Positions 15,755 through 24,813 of a DNA stretch of 26,427 nt are shown here, in pieces. The notes below the pieces were generated by a model, which worked only from the letters and a program-made list of their open reading frames with translations, had not been told where the DNA came from and did no database searches. Position 1 is the stretch's first letter; the number at the start of each line of letters is the position of its first letter. The stretch comes from a virus. Its lineage: Duplodnaviria; Caudoviricetes. The position numbers and the translations under genes are program-made. The DNA lies in IMG/VR virus record IMGVR_UViG_3300038313_000459, positions 1 through 26,427 of that record. One strand, given 5' to 3'.

Positions 15755-18700
15755 TTATGCGTCTTGCTTTTGTTCATACTCATCTAAAAACATCCAGTGA
15801 TAACCGCCGCTTGTTTTCCTTCTTTTCATACAAACGCCATCAACATCATCCCCTCTAAATCCCATTGACCTATCTGCTGCTTTTGTGCTTGAAAATATTT
15901 TTCCGTCCTCTAATCTAATAACAGGTTTTTGATTCTGATATACTCCTGGCTGCTTTGCAGTGGATTGATCAAAAATAAATTCATAATGCTCTTTTGTTTT
16001 TGACGGAACATAACGGTTAATCCAGTGTAGCATTCCCTTACAAGTGTTCGGAAGTTCAATTTCTTTTCCATCTTGCCTTATATAGTTTAAGCGTACTTTT
16101 GGAACAAGCGGATTTTTTAAATTGCTCTCAATCATATTATGCTGTTTCAAGCTTTCAAGGGCATCAGGCCAATCCCGTGTTTTAATTCCTGCCAATTGAC
16201 AAATCCGGAATTTCGGAATTTCCCCGTGCTTTTTATTTGTACCAATCTTGATCCATTGCTTATCTTCTGGATTAGCATTTAGCTTTAGCTGAACATAAAG
16301 CATAGCATAATATAATTTTTTGCTGCGCTTCGTTTTTAATTGTTTATTAACAAACTTCTTATCCGCATCAGTAATGCATACTTTAGCTTCAATATCGTCA
16401 ACCATCGGAATATCTTTTCTTGTGGAGGATAGTTTTTCGCGTTTCTTTTTCGCCTCAACAAGTTTATAATATTTTTTATCAAGTTCTTCCAAATTATATA
16501 TTTTACTTTCCTGCTTTTCACATTTTGCTCTTGCGATCATCTGATCAGGAAAGCATTCCCACAAAATATTTTTAGTAGTAATGTGTGAAAATGATTTTTC
16601 AGTATAATAACAAACAATCATATCATTAATTAGACGATCTATATTAGGCTGGATCATTAATAACTCAACTCTGCAATCGGCAAAGAAAAGCTCAAACTGC
16701 GAATTGTACGTTGATTGTCTTTCGGCATTATCGCTGTTAAGATCGGAAGGATCTTTTCCATTGTGGATTTCCTTAAAAAATTTTGAATATTCACTATTTA
16801 ACGATAATAGCTTCTGTTTTACTTTTTTGTAGATTGTACCATTAGTCAAATCATAATCTCCCTGCAACAGCGTTTTCCAGTCAAACTCAGGCACATTATA
16901 TTTTAACCGGATTTTTGAAATCTGATCAAACATATAATGGGAAATCCTGTGCATATTAGATGTTGAGTTATCATGGAGCGATCGCGTTTCACCAAAATCT
17001 TTAATATTCTCTTGTGCCGTTTGTTCTGCGCCATATTCTTTATAACTCCTAAATTGAAAAAACCACGGTTTTTTACAACCCTTCAAAATTCTTTTGATTT
17101 CTTTTGGTACAATGGCTTTAACACCAGTTTTAACAAAATCAATTGTTAAAGAATCAATCACGGACATCACTTTAATATAATCCATTATTTTACCATTATT
17201 CGGATTTTCAGGCGTAATCATATTCCAAAGTTTCGAGGTATTATTAACCGTAGTTCCAATATCGTTCCTAAATCCAACAACATCACTTTTTGCCATAGCG
17301 AGATAGTCATCGGCTTGCACTTGCTGATTTTTATTGGATTGATCAGAATCAAACCAAATTGTATTTGCTTCCTGCTTCTTCGCCGTCTGGACAATCTCAG
17401 GGGAAGATATGCCGAAAATCTCATCTCCATCCAGATCAGCAGAATTCATTCTCAAAAGGAAAGTATCATACATGGATGTTACATATCCTGTGTCTTGATA
17501 CTTAAACCACCTTTTAATCTGCTCCCAATTCTCACCGCCCACGTTAACCACCTTCGCTGGACAATGCTCACAGGCAATATGCGGGAATCGAATCAAATCG
17601 ATTTCTTTTATTTTCTTATCTACAAAATATTTATTGTAGACCTCTCTCGCCTTTAGCAGCCCCGTAGGTTCTAATCCGAAGCTCCGTTGTGCAAGCCCAA
17701 AGAGATCCGGTTCTAGCGTCTGATAGCTGCCATCGACGCGAATCCTGATACAATTAATTCGCCTAAAATTAGTTAGTTCTTTCTTAATACAATCCCTTAC
17801 ATACTCATCATTCGCCAAAGCATGATTATATTTCAGTGCCATAAGAACAGGCGGGACATGATCGTCAGTCTGATCCTCATCATCAAGATTCCTCCATTTA
17901 ATAAAGCTATCAATATCAGTATGCGCTTTCCTGACGGCCCTAACTGTTGGAGCGCAAAGAGATTTAATCTGATCGTCTGTAAATTGTAACGACTGTAACG
18001 GCTGATAACTCATGACGCAATGATCTTTAACGCCTTTGGGGAACTTTTCGGTTCCTTGATATGGAATTGAGTAATGACTAATGCCAAACGTCCGATGATA
18101 TCCATATAGATCAGTATTAAATGCTTTTTCCCATTCGCTAAAACTGTCGTATAGCCCTGCAAATTTCACCATCGACTCCGTTAAGATACAGTCAATTTTA
18201 TCATCAAACAAATCCCACACATGATTCCAACGGTCTGTAATCTTTCTCTTACCATATTCTTGCGCGAACCCCTTGATATCGAAAACATACAGATTCCCCT
18301 TTGTGGCAGGAGCCATTCGCACTTGCCAGCTTGCCGGAAGATAATCAAGCCCTAATTCATTTTGCCATTCTCTGGCCTTATCTACATCGACCAACCCGCA
18401 GCCGTCAAACGGTAAAATATCAATTTCTTTTTTGACATTATGCTGTACTTTAGTCGATAGCTCATATTGATCATTTTCATTGATCCTACCTGTCACCACA
18501 TCAAAAGTGTCTGATACTTTCTTGTGATAATCCTTAATGATTACAATATTTGGCGCAGAAACAGGTGTAGAATCCGTGCAACTTAAACCGAGATAGGCAT
18601 TCCATTTACAAGCCGGTTTTACCTTGCTTGGATCATGCGGATCAATTCCACACATACCAATCTCAAAAACCTTATCATAGAGTTCAGCAGCCACAAACAA

Positions 18701-19168
18701 TACTTTCTTCTGTCGATTTTGGCCTGAATTACAGAATATTCTTTTAAACTTTTTACCGTTAACATAAATAATCCCCGGCTCTAATTTATTATCAAACAAA
18801 GGAGCATATCTTTTTGCGCTATTTCCGATTTTAAGCTCTACAATATCTCTTAAAAACGGATAACCCCTTTTACCCCTCTCTGCATTCTCAGGATTCAAAG
18901 TTTTTACAATCCGAAAGAATTCGCTTTCCTTAATAAGGATTGTTGCTTTCTTAACTGCTTTCTCAGTTTTAATTTCTCCGCTTTTAATACCTTTTAGAAT
19001 TTCCTCATCAGGGAGAAGCTTCCCTTTTGTATCACCATTTACATATAACTTTTCTTTATCGTCTACAAGATAAAATTTATTATCATACACCATATTCAAA
19101 ATATGAACGCGGATTACCTCATTTTGCATTGCCTTATTATTATTTTCCTTACTCATTTCTATTTTCAT
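15755..19168 (-). CDS. YonO-like single-subunit two-barrel RNA polymerase (related to eukaryotic RNAi RdRPs)
   Basis: Ordered motifs FDGCGLV, WQVR...KG, IRFPH and catalytic ADLDGD. Start moved to ATG 19168 (RBS AAAGGAG), giving 1137 aa. Confidence 0.85.
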   Translation of the reverse strand: MKIEMSKENNNKAMQNEVIRVHILNMVYDNKFYLVDDKEKLYVNGDTKGKLLPDEEILKGIKSGEIKTEKAVKKATILIKESEFFRIVKTLNPENAERGKRGYPFLRDIVELKIGNSAKRYAPLFDNKLEPGIIYVNGKKFKRIFCNSGQNRQKKVLFVAAELYDKVFEIGMCGIDPHDPSKVKPACKWNAYLGLSCTDSTPVSAPNIVIIKDYHKKVSDTFDVVTGRINENDQYELSTKVQHNVKKEIDILPFDGCGLVDVDKAREWQNELGLDYLPASWQVRMAPATKGNLYVFDIKGFAQEYGKRKITDRWNHVWDLFDDKIDCILTESMVKFAGLYDSFSEWEKAFNTDLYGYHRTFGISHYSIPYQGTEKFPKGVKDHCVMSYQPLQSLQFTDDQIKSLCAPTVRAVRKAHTDIDSFIKWRNLDDEDQTDDHVPPVLMALKYNHALANDEYVRDCIKKELTNFRRINCIRIRVDGSYQTLEPDLFGLAQRSFGLEPTGLLKAREVYNKYFVDKKIKEIDLIRFPHIACEHCPAKVVNVGGENWEQIKRWFKYQDTGYVTSMYDTFLLRMNSADLDGDEIFGISSPEIVQTAKKQEANTIWFDSDQSNKNQQVQADDYLAMAKSDVVGFRNDIGTTVNNTSKLWNMITPENPNNGKIMDYIKVMSVIDSLTIDFVKTGVKAIVPKEIKRILKGCKKPWFFQFRSYKEYGAEQTAQENIKDFGETRSLHDNSTSNMHRISHYMFDQISKIRLKYNVPEFDWKTLLQGDYDLTNGTIYKKVKQKLLSLNSEYSKFFKEIHNGKDPSDLNSDNAERQSTYNSQFELFFADCRVELLMIQPNIDRLINDMIVCYYTEKSFSHITTKNILWECFPDQMIARAKCEKQESKIYNLEELDKKYYKLVEAKKKREKLSSTRKDIPMVDDIEAKVCITDADKKFVNKQLKTKRSKKLYYAMLYVQLKLNANPEDKQWIKIGTNKKHGEIPKFRICQLAGIKTRDWPDALESLKQHNMIESNLKNPLVPKVRLNYIRQDGKEIELPNTCKGMLHWINRYVPSKTKEHYEFIFDQSTAKQPGVYQNQKPVIRLEDGKIFSSTKAADRSMGFRGDDVDGVCMKRRKTSGGYHWMFLDEYEQKQDA

Positions 19169-19208
19169 TACTCCTTTATAAGCTAATTTTTGGTTTTTTA
19201 CTGTTTTT

Positions 19209-19338
19209 AAAAACATAGCAGTCATGCGGGATTCCAGACTCATGTGTCAAAAATAACCACCTTAAATTTAAGCTTTTAATCTCTTGAAAGCCGCATAAAC
19301 ACTGACTTTATTTTTTCAAAGTGTCAAAAATAACCACC
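19209..19338. repeat. Iteron-like repeats, putative replication origin
   Basis: Exact 18-bp direct repeat GTGTCAAAAATAACCACC at 19244-19261 and 19321-19338, just downstream of the primase gene. The first copy is flanked by two oppositely oriented CCGCAT-containing motifs. Confidence 0.65.
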
Positions 19339-19391
19339 ATTGCATCATATGATTAATATAGGCGATAGCCTATACCAGTGTAACCCCTTAG

Positions 19392-20969
19392 CTAAGCTAC
19401 AAGGATATAAGTATTACAAAGTGTACCTTTATCTGTATAGCTTTTCTCTACATCAAGTATCTTAGCTTTAAATAAATTATGTATACGCTTACCTATATTA
19501 CTTTTATCAATACCTGTATCATTAGATAAAGTATCATAAGAAACATCTTTATCTTGTTGTAAATTCCTTACTAAACATAAATATACCAAATAGTCCTGTT
19601 GTTTTATGATCCCATTAATCAATAATATGGTTGCAGCATAATAGTACCGAGTGTATCCCTGTCCGTAGTTAGGAATTTTAATCAATCTATAAGTACCATA
19701 CCCATCACACGCTATGTACCCTTTGAAGATCAAATCTCTGAGTACAGTTTTTAACGTATTCCTTGCTAAACAACATTTTTGAGTGGTTGGGTTTGTAATT
19801 TCTTCCTGTAGCTGTTTATACGTCAATCCCTCATCATGAAGGTGCAGAACGCTTAATATTAGATAATGATTTCCACGCAATTTCTTAATCACCCTGTTTT
19901 GAAGTAAATGATTATCTATTGAAATTTCTTTGGTTTTCAGTTTGGCAGGTGAATTATCGTACACCGTTTTACAATTGTATTTATCACAGTATCTATTGAG
20001 TATGGATTGGTGAACTTTATCCTCTAATTTGCAACCCAATAGCTTATAGTCGGATTCCCAATACCGCTTAAAATCAGTAGCAATCTCATTAACTGACTTC
20101 GGAGGTCTGCAACGCTGGTTCCATTCAAGTACCAGCTTCAGAGCATTGTTGTAATTATATCCTCTGATCGTTTGCAGATACTTGACGATCCTTCCTAAGC
20201 AGAAATTTCTTTCCCCTTGCTGAACTCCCTCGGATATCATCTTTTCAACACAATAATAACTGGAAACTGCATTATACTCTTTTGGTGGAAGCTGCTGCAC
20301 TTCCTTTACCTTTGAGGATTGCTTTGCATAACTGATGATTTTTTCCAGCTTATTTAAACTATATGGTTTGAACTGTGGACTACCATAATTATTCGTAATG
20401 ATATTAACTAGTTTAGAATCATGCTTTAGGTTAAGGCTTGTCGGTAATCGTGCTAATTGTGTTGTTAATACCGCTTCGGGGTCTGCCCCTAATACTTTAC
20501 ATAGGTTTTTATTGATTCTTGTTACTCTGTCAATATCAACTGTCTTTTGTATGGCAAAATAAAAGTGGAATCCATTGCCTGAATCAACAACACAATGATA
20601 AAATATAAACGAAAGAATCCGCTTGATATGATGACAGAAGTCTTTTACATCGTCGTATTGTGGATAGTCCTTGCGGTCATAATCCAGAAATAATACTTTT
20701 CGTGCCATCATGTATTTAGCTGTTTCGTTCTGGCCCTTTGTAGTACATACACCAACGTATAAGTTGTAATTGTATTTGTACTTTTGGATTATATTTTTAA
20801 TCTCGGCAACGCTTTTTACAAAGAAAGTTTTGATTAACGGCTCTTCGTTCTCTCTCTGCTTGATCGCTTTGATCCTTACAAATTCAATTGGTTTTAGTTT
20901 TAAGTCATTGGTTGCTGGATCAAAATCAAATAATAGTTTCAGATAGTTTTCTAAATTTTGTACGCTCAT
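19392..20969 (-). CDS. AEP/RepB-type primase with PriCT-like and C-terminal winged-helix regions (replication protein)
   Basis: LFLDYD, VDSGNGFHFYF, DP...QLARLPTSLN, GERN...EWNQRCRPP, and HTH-like SYDTLSNDTGIDKSNIGKRIHNL. Confidence 0.82.
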   Translation of the reverse strand: MSVQNLENYLKLLFDFDPATNDLKLKPIEFVRIKAIKQRENEEPLIKTFFVKSVAEIKNIIQKYKYNYNLYVGVCTTKGQNETAKYMMARKVLFLDYDRKDYPQYDDVKDFCHHIKRILSFIFYHCVVDSGNGFHFYFAIQKTVDIDRVTRINKNLCKVLGADPEAVLTTQLARLPTSLNLKHDSKLVNIITNNYGSPQFKPYSLNKLEKIISYAKQSSKVKEVQQLPPKEYNAVSSYYCVEKMISEGVQQGERNFCLGRIVKYLQTIRGYNYNNALKLVLEWNQRCRPPKSVNEIATDFKRYWESDYKLLGCKLEDKVHQSILNRYCDKYNCKTVYDNSPAKLKTKEISIDNHLLQNRVIKKLRGNHYLILSVLHLHDEGLTYKQLQEEITNPTTQKCCLARNTLKTVLRDLIFKGYIACDGYGTYRLIKIPNYGQGYTRYYYAATILLINGIIKQQDYLVYLCLVRNLQQDKDVSYDTLSNDTGIDKSNIGKRIHNLFKAKILDVEKSYTDKGTLCNTYILVA

Positions 20970-21076
20970 TAAATCTAAAAATCACTCTTCCTTTTCTTTT
21001 AATTAGTTTCATTCAATCATCCTTTCGATGTTAAAATGAATAATTGTTTGTGTGTTAATGCAACCTACTTTTTGTT

Positions 21077-21703
21077 CTATTTCGGAATATGGTTCGACAC
21101 TAATTTTAAATATTCTGGTGCTTTTCTTTTAAATGGCATTGATCTATGTGTTTGATTATTGATGATATACCCATCTTTTTCATTGAAGGTATAGGTTGGA
21201 ATATTATTCTTTTCTGCAAATTCTTCCATAATAGAAGGTTGACCATCAAGCTGTCTTAACTTACTGGCCGTGGAGAGCGTTTCAACTGCAAATCTGGAAA
21301 TCTCATTATTGGTATAGTCCCAAATAAAATCCTCAAATTTGTCACCTAACGGAGAATCCATATTGTAAGTTTTTAGTTTGTTGACTGTATAGAAATAATC
21401 TTTCCAACAATCATCTTTGCTGTGGTTGTATTCCTTTTCTATGGGAAACAGGTTTACAAATTCTTTCGGTGTCAACAGTTCCATTAGGCTTTTAACTGCC
21501 TGTATGATTTTAAACTTAAGTTCTATTTCCTCTCTTTCCGCATACTCCTTATGTGCGTACTTGTGAGTATTGATGTATTTTACTCCATATAAAACGGCTC
21601 GCTTCAAAGATATACAGTCTGGATTCTTTGAATATATCTCATTGGTAAATGCTTTCAGATAGCGTTTATATATAGGTGTTCCCTGAATAATACGCAATTC
21701 CAT
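21077..21703 (-). CDS. Conserved phage hypothetical protein
   Basis: LTPKEFVNLFPIEKEY...KDYFYT. Start moved to MELRIIQG (RBS AAGGAG), which removes the overlap with the upstream gene. Confidence 0.7.
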   Translation of the reverse strand: MELRIIQGTPIYKRYLKAFTNEIYSKNPDCISLKRAVLYGVKYINTHKYAHKEYAEREEIELKFKIIQAVKSLMELLTPKEFVNLFPIEKEYNHSKDDCWKDYFYTVNKLKTYNMDSPLGDKFEDFIWDYTNNEISRFAVETLSTASKLRQLDGQPSIMEEFAEKNNIPTYTFNEKDGYIINNQTHRSMPFKRKAPEYLKLVSNHIPK

Positions 21704-21740
21704 ATTAGTTATTTCTCCTTTAAATTTTAAATTTAATATT

Positions 21741-22115
21741 TTAATCCATAAAACCAACATCAATGTAGTTTGCGTTTTTAAACAATGAGATACGATATAC
21801 CATTGATACACCAAAATCAAACATATCCGTACATTCATCTTCATTCAATTTTTCAATGGATTTGATTTTATCTGTGTCTATCTCTAGTGCACCAGTCCCC
21901 TCAATATGTGCGGTTAGCTTTCCATCTACTTCTGTTGCCATATCCTCATTATTAAATGAAAGCCAATGATAATCTATTTTTTGACATTGATCAAAATATA
22001 AAGAGTACAGTTCCAAATCTGTCTTACCAATATCTTTGTTTTTGACATTAATGAGAAAACATCTACGTTGTAGCATATCATTAATTTGCTGCTCCAGTTT
22101 AGCCTTATCTTCCAT
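21741..22115 (-). CDS. Hypothetical protein
   Basis: 124-aa ORF with RBS AAGGAG, co-oriented with the replication genes. Confidence 0.7.
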   Translation of the reverse strand: MEDKAKLEQQINDMLQRRCFLINVKNKDIGKTDLELYSLYFDQCQKIDYHWLSFNNEDMATEVDGKLTAHIEGTGALEIDTDKIKSIEKLNEDECTDMFDFGVSMVYRISLFKNANYIDVGFMD

Positions 22116-22316
22116 AGTTATTTGTCTCTCCTTTTCTGATTTTTAATATAAATCTGTATTTTACCAATCGGACTAACATATTTTGTAGACATAGTATGCC
22201 TTACCCTTTCTTCGGTTATTATGTCCTAAACTAATTATAAATTTTTAGCTGTTTTACACAATTTTCTATAAAGTCAAGTTTTCAATTAATTTTTTTCAAT
22301 TATTTTTTAAATACCC

Positions 22317-22345
22317 TTGACTTCAACTTCCTCTTTTGCTATAAT
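22317..22345 (+). promoter_or_regulatory. Near-consensus sigma-A promoter pointing antisense to the surrounding genes
   Basis: TTGACT-17 nt-TATAAT with extended -10 TG. Confidence 0.7.
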
Positions 22346-22597
22346 GCGAAGTAGAAAGTTGATTTGAGAATTTAATATTGCATTGGTATCAATCCTTTCT
22401 TATTTTTTTTGATGTGATTTTTAAGGATCAAGGGAAAGTAAGCGATAGATATACTCTACACTTACTTATACGCATAAGTACATAAGGCTCTCTTTGTTCG
22501 TATAAACAAATATAGGTGACTAATAGCAGCACTATTTGGTAAAGATACCGATAGTGCTATTGGTGTTGTATATCTACTTTTCTTGTCTCCTAATTCC

Positions 22598-22626
22598 AGT
22601 ATAAGCCCTCAAAATGCCAATTTCAA
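22598..22626 (-). promoter_or_regulatory. Sigma-A-type promoter toward the replication/RNAP genes
   Basis: TTGAAA-17 nt-TATACT on the minus strand. Confidence 0.6.
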
Positions 22627-22705
22627 GTTTTTCAAGTGTTTTTTCAAAATTCTTTGAAATTTTTTTAGAGGATATTTTTTGACACCTTCTAATGATTTTT
22701 AGAAA

Positions 22706-23161
22706 TTAATCGACGTATAAAATTGGCACAAGATCAAGTAATTTTGTCTTTGCTACAACATATCTTGCATATCCATCAACTAACAAAATATCAGAATGTG
22801 ATTTAATCATAATTGGCTGATCCAACATTTTGTATCTATCATAATATCTATATACCTTCTGTAGCAGATTCCTTTTTACAGTAGATTGAGCGTAGGGTTT
22901 TGGAATCCTGATTTTATTTATGTCAAGTAGTTCATCAAAATAATAATCCTTTTTAGGAATATTATCTTGCTGTTGTCTGTACTTCAAATATTCTTCTTCT
23001 GTCATATCTCCCTTTTCACGATTGCAACCAGCACAACAGATGACAAGGTTAGATTCGATGGATTTCCCGCCTCTACAAAGCGGAATCAGATGATCCAGTG
23101 TAATGTTACTTTTAGAGAGATTTCGCTTACAGTAATGGCATACATGGGGCCTAGTTTGCAT
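22706..23161 (-). CDS. HNH endonuclease with C-terminal ParB/Srx-like segment
   Basis: CHYC...TLDHLIPLCRGG....NLVICCAGCNREKG, followed by LDQPIMI...LLVDGYARY. Confidence 0.8.
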   Translation of the reverse strand: MQTRPHVCHYCKRNLSKSNITLDHLIPLCRGGKSIESNLVICCAGCNREKGDMTEEEYLKYRQQQDNIPKKDYYFDELLDINKIRIPKPYAQSTVKRNLLQKVYRYYDRYKMLDQPIMIKSHSDILLVDGYARYVVAKTKLLDLVPILYVD

Positions 23162-23249
23162 GATCTTTGTTTTTAACGCTCCTCAGCTTCTAACATAATA
23201 CTATCTCCATGATAACCCATCTCCTCTTTATCAGTATAGGAATGGATAG

Positions 23250-23813
23250 CTATAAGACGGAAGATTTTTCACCTACCGCCTTTACCAACATTGAATCAAT
23301 AACCGTTTTTAATTGCTGTTTTTCCGCATCAGTCAATTCAATATCAAAAGTTGTGATTTCATAACCGCCATCACGTTCTAAATCGTTAAGAGCATCACGC
23401 TGATTATCAGCACATTCTTTGTTTAACTCTTCGTCTTCTATCATGATTTTCTTAATCAAAGCTTTTTCTGCTTCATTCGTTGACTTGCCTAACATTGTCT
23501 GAAATATTTCTTGACTGCGTTCATTTGATTTTTCATAATCAAAAAGATATGGCACACACCATACTGAAAGACATGGTTTATCATCAATTCCACGAAACAG
23601 ATAAAATTTACTTAAACCATCATCCACACCATAAAAACCCATATCCACCATAAAAGAATTAAGATCATTCATCATTTCGACTACAAGAATACTTTCGTCT
23701 TTGTAGCGAAGCATAAAATCTTCGCCCAACACTGTTTCTTCATCGCTGAAATCAATCTTATTTGCATCGAAAGCCCCAATAAAAATAACCTTACCGTTGT
23801 CCGAGATTTTCAT
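23250..23813 (-). CDS. Acidic hypothetical protein
   Basis: 187-aa ORF with RBS AGGAG. Confidence 0.7.
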   Translation of the reverse strand: MKISDNGKVIFIGAFDANKIDFSDEETVLGEDFMLRYKDESILVVEMMNDLNSFMVDMGFYGVDDGLSKFYLFRGIDDKPCLSVWCVPYLFDYEKSNERSQEIFQTMLGKSTNEAEKALIKKIMIEDEELNKECADNQRDALNDLERDGGYEITTFDIELTDAEKQQLKTVIDSMLVKAVGEKSSVL

Positions 23814-23836
23814 AATAATTCTTCCTCCTAATAATT

Positions 23837-24061
23837 TTAGATTTCAAATCCAAACGGTACAAGCTCAACAGGACATTGCGGTTGCGTGTAGTCGGCAAGC
23901 TGGCAGATGATACATTCCTGATGATCGTAGCTGATCCATGCAGCACGATAGCGATTTCCAACAACGGAATCAGACACAAGCTTCATTTTTTTCCTGATTT
24001 TTTCAGGGACAACGCGATTCATATTTTGACAAACATCAATTCTGCATTCTTCAAGGGACAT
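23837..24061 (-). CDS. Hypothetical protein
   Basis: 74-aa ORF with strong RBS AGGAGGAG. Confidence 0.65.
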   Translation of the reverse strand: MSLEECRIDVCQNMNRVVPEKIRKKMKLVSDSVVGNRYRAAWISYDHQECIICQLADYTQPQCPVELVPFGFEI

Positions 24062-24230
24062 TTTTAAAACTCCTCCTTTCCTGTTGCTCCCGCTGGTTCA
24101 GCAACTTTCCCAGTAACGGCCCATAATCATCTTTATAAATATCAATTGTTGAATGGACGCTAAGAATTGAAGCGCTGGTTAACATTGTTTTTAGCATTGC
24201 GGCTTCACGGTCTGTAAGGTCTAATACCAT
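24051..24230 (-). CDS. Hypothetical protein (59 aa, not in the ORF track)
   Basis: RBS AAAGGAGG then MVLDLTDREAAMLKTMLTSASILSVHSTIDIYKDDYGPLLGKLLNQREQQERRSFKNVP*; first gene after the leftward promoter. Confidence 0.65.
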   Translation of the reverse strand: MVLDLTDREAAMLKTMLTSASILSVHSTIDIYKDDYGPLLGKLLNQREQQERRSFKNVP

Positions 24231-24290
24231 GTGGATGCCTCCTTTATCTTGCTACATTTGTTTCAGTCATATTTTTTTGACTGTGATTAT

Positions 24291-24319
24291 ATTGTACATG
24301 ATAGCGGACGCTATTGCAA
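24291..24319 (-). promoter_or_regulatory. Leftward early promoter with palindromic operator in its spacer
   Basis: TTGCAA-17 nt-TACAAT; palindrome ATAGCG-GA-CGCTAT at 24301-24314. Confidence 0.65.
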
Positions 24320-24388
24320 TATAATTTGTTCACGAACATAGACGTTATTTATTGTGTATAATGTACATTTAAATAGACAATATAGTAA

Positions 24389-24417
24389 TTGACAAACCTC
24401 TTTTAAAAATATAAAAT
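24389..24417 (+). promoter_or_regulatory. Rightward promoter for the HTH regulator
   Basis: TTGACA-17 nt-TAAAAT. Confidence 0.7.
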
Positions 24418-24456
24418 AGATTGTAGTAAAAAATATTAAATTTGGAGTAATGTTAA

Positions 24457-24783
24457 ATGTCAGTTAAATATGATAAGTTATTTGCTCTCATGCAGGCAAA
24501 AGGAATTAAAAAATACGACCTACGCCAAAATGGTATATACGCTGCCGTTGTTGACAAACTTATTAAAAATGCAAATGTTGATGTAACTACAATCAACAAA
24601 CTCTGTAAATTATTAAATTGTCAACCGGGGGATATCATGGAATATATTCCTGATAAAAGCGATGACAAAGCTAAAAATATTAAACCAGATTTCACAGAAA
24701 ACAATACATCAACCGCTGATGATACTCCGTCTACGTCTGATTCTGGCTCTGTTAGCAACTTGCAGCAGGACGATAACGTATGA
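24457..24783 (+). CDS. Cro/C1-type HTH regulator (YozG/HTH_26-like), probable repressor
   Basis: YDKLFALM...KYDLR...TINKLCKLLNCQPGDIMEY with a disordered acidic tail; divergent from the early operon. Confidence 0.88.
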   Translation: MSVKYDKLFALMQAKGIKKYDLRQNGIYAAVVDKLIKNANVDVTTINKLCKLLNCQPGDIMEYIPDKSDDKAKNIKPDFTENNTSTADDTPSTSDSGSVSNLQQDDNV

Positions 24784-24813
24784 TTTAACGTAAAATATTA
24801 AATATAATTGCAC

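Noticed and set aside
19169-19243. N-terminal 25 codons of the 1162-aa ORF call
   Set aside because: They overlap the origin-like motifs, and the strong RBS lies before ATG 19168
22251-22277. Minus-strand promoter TTGACT...TAAAAC
   Set aside because: 15-nt spacer and imperfect -10; too weak to call
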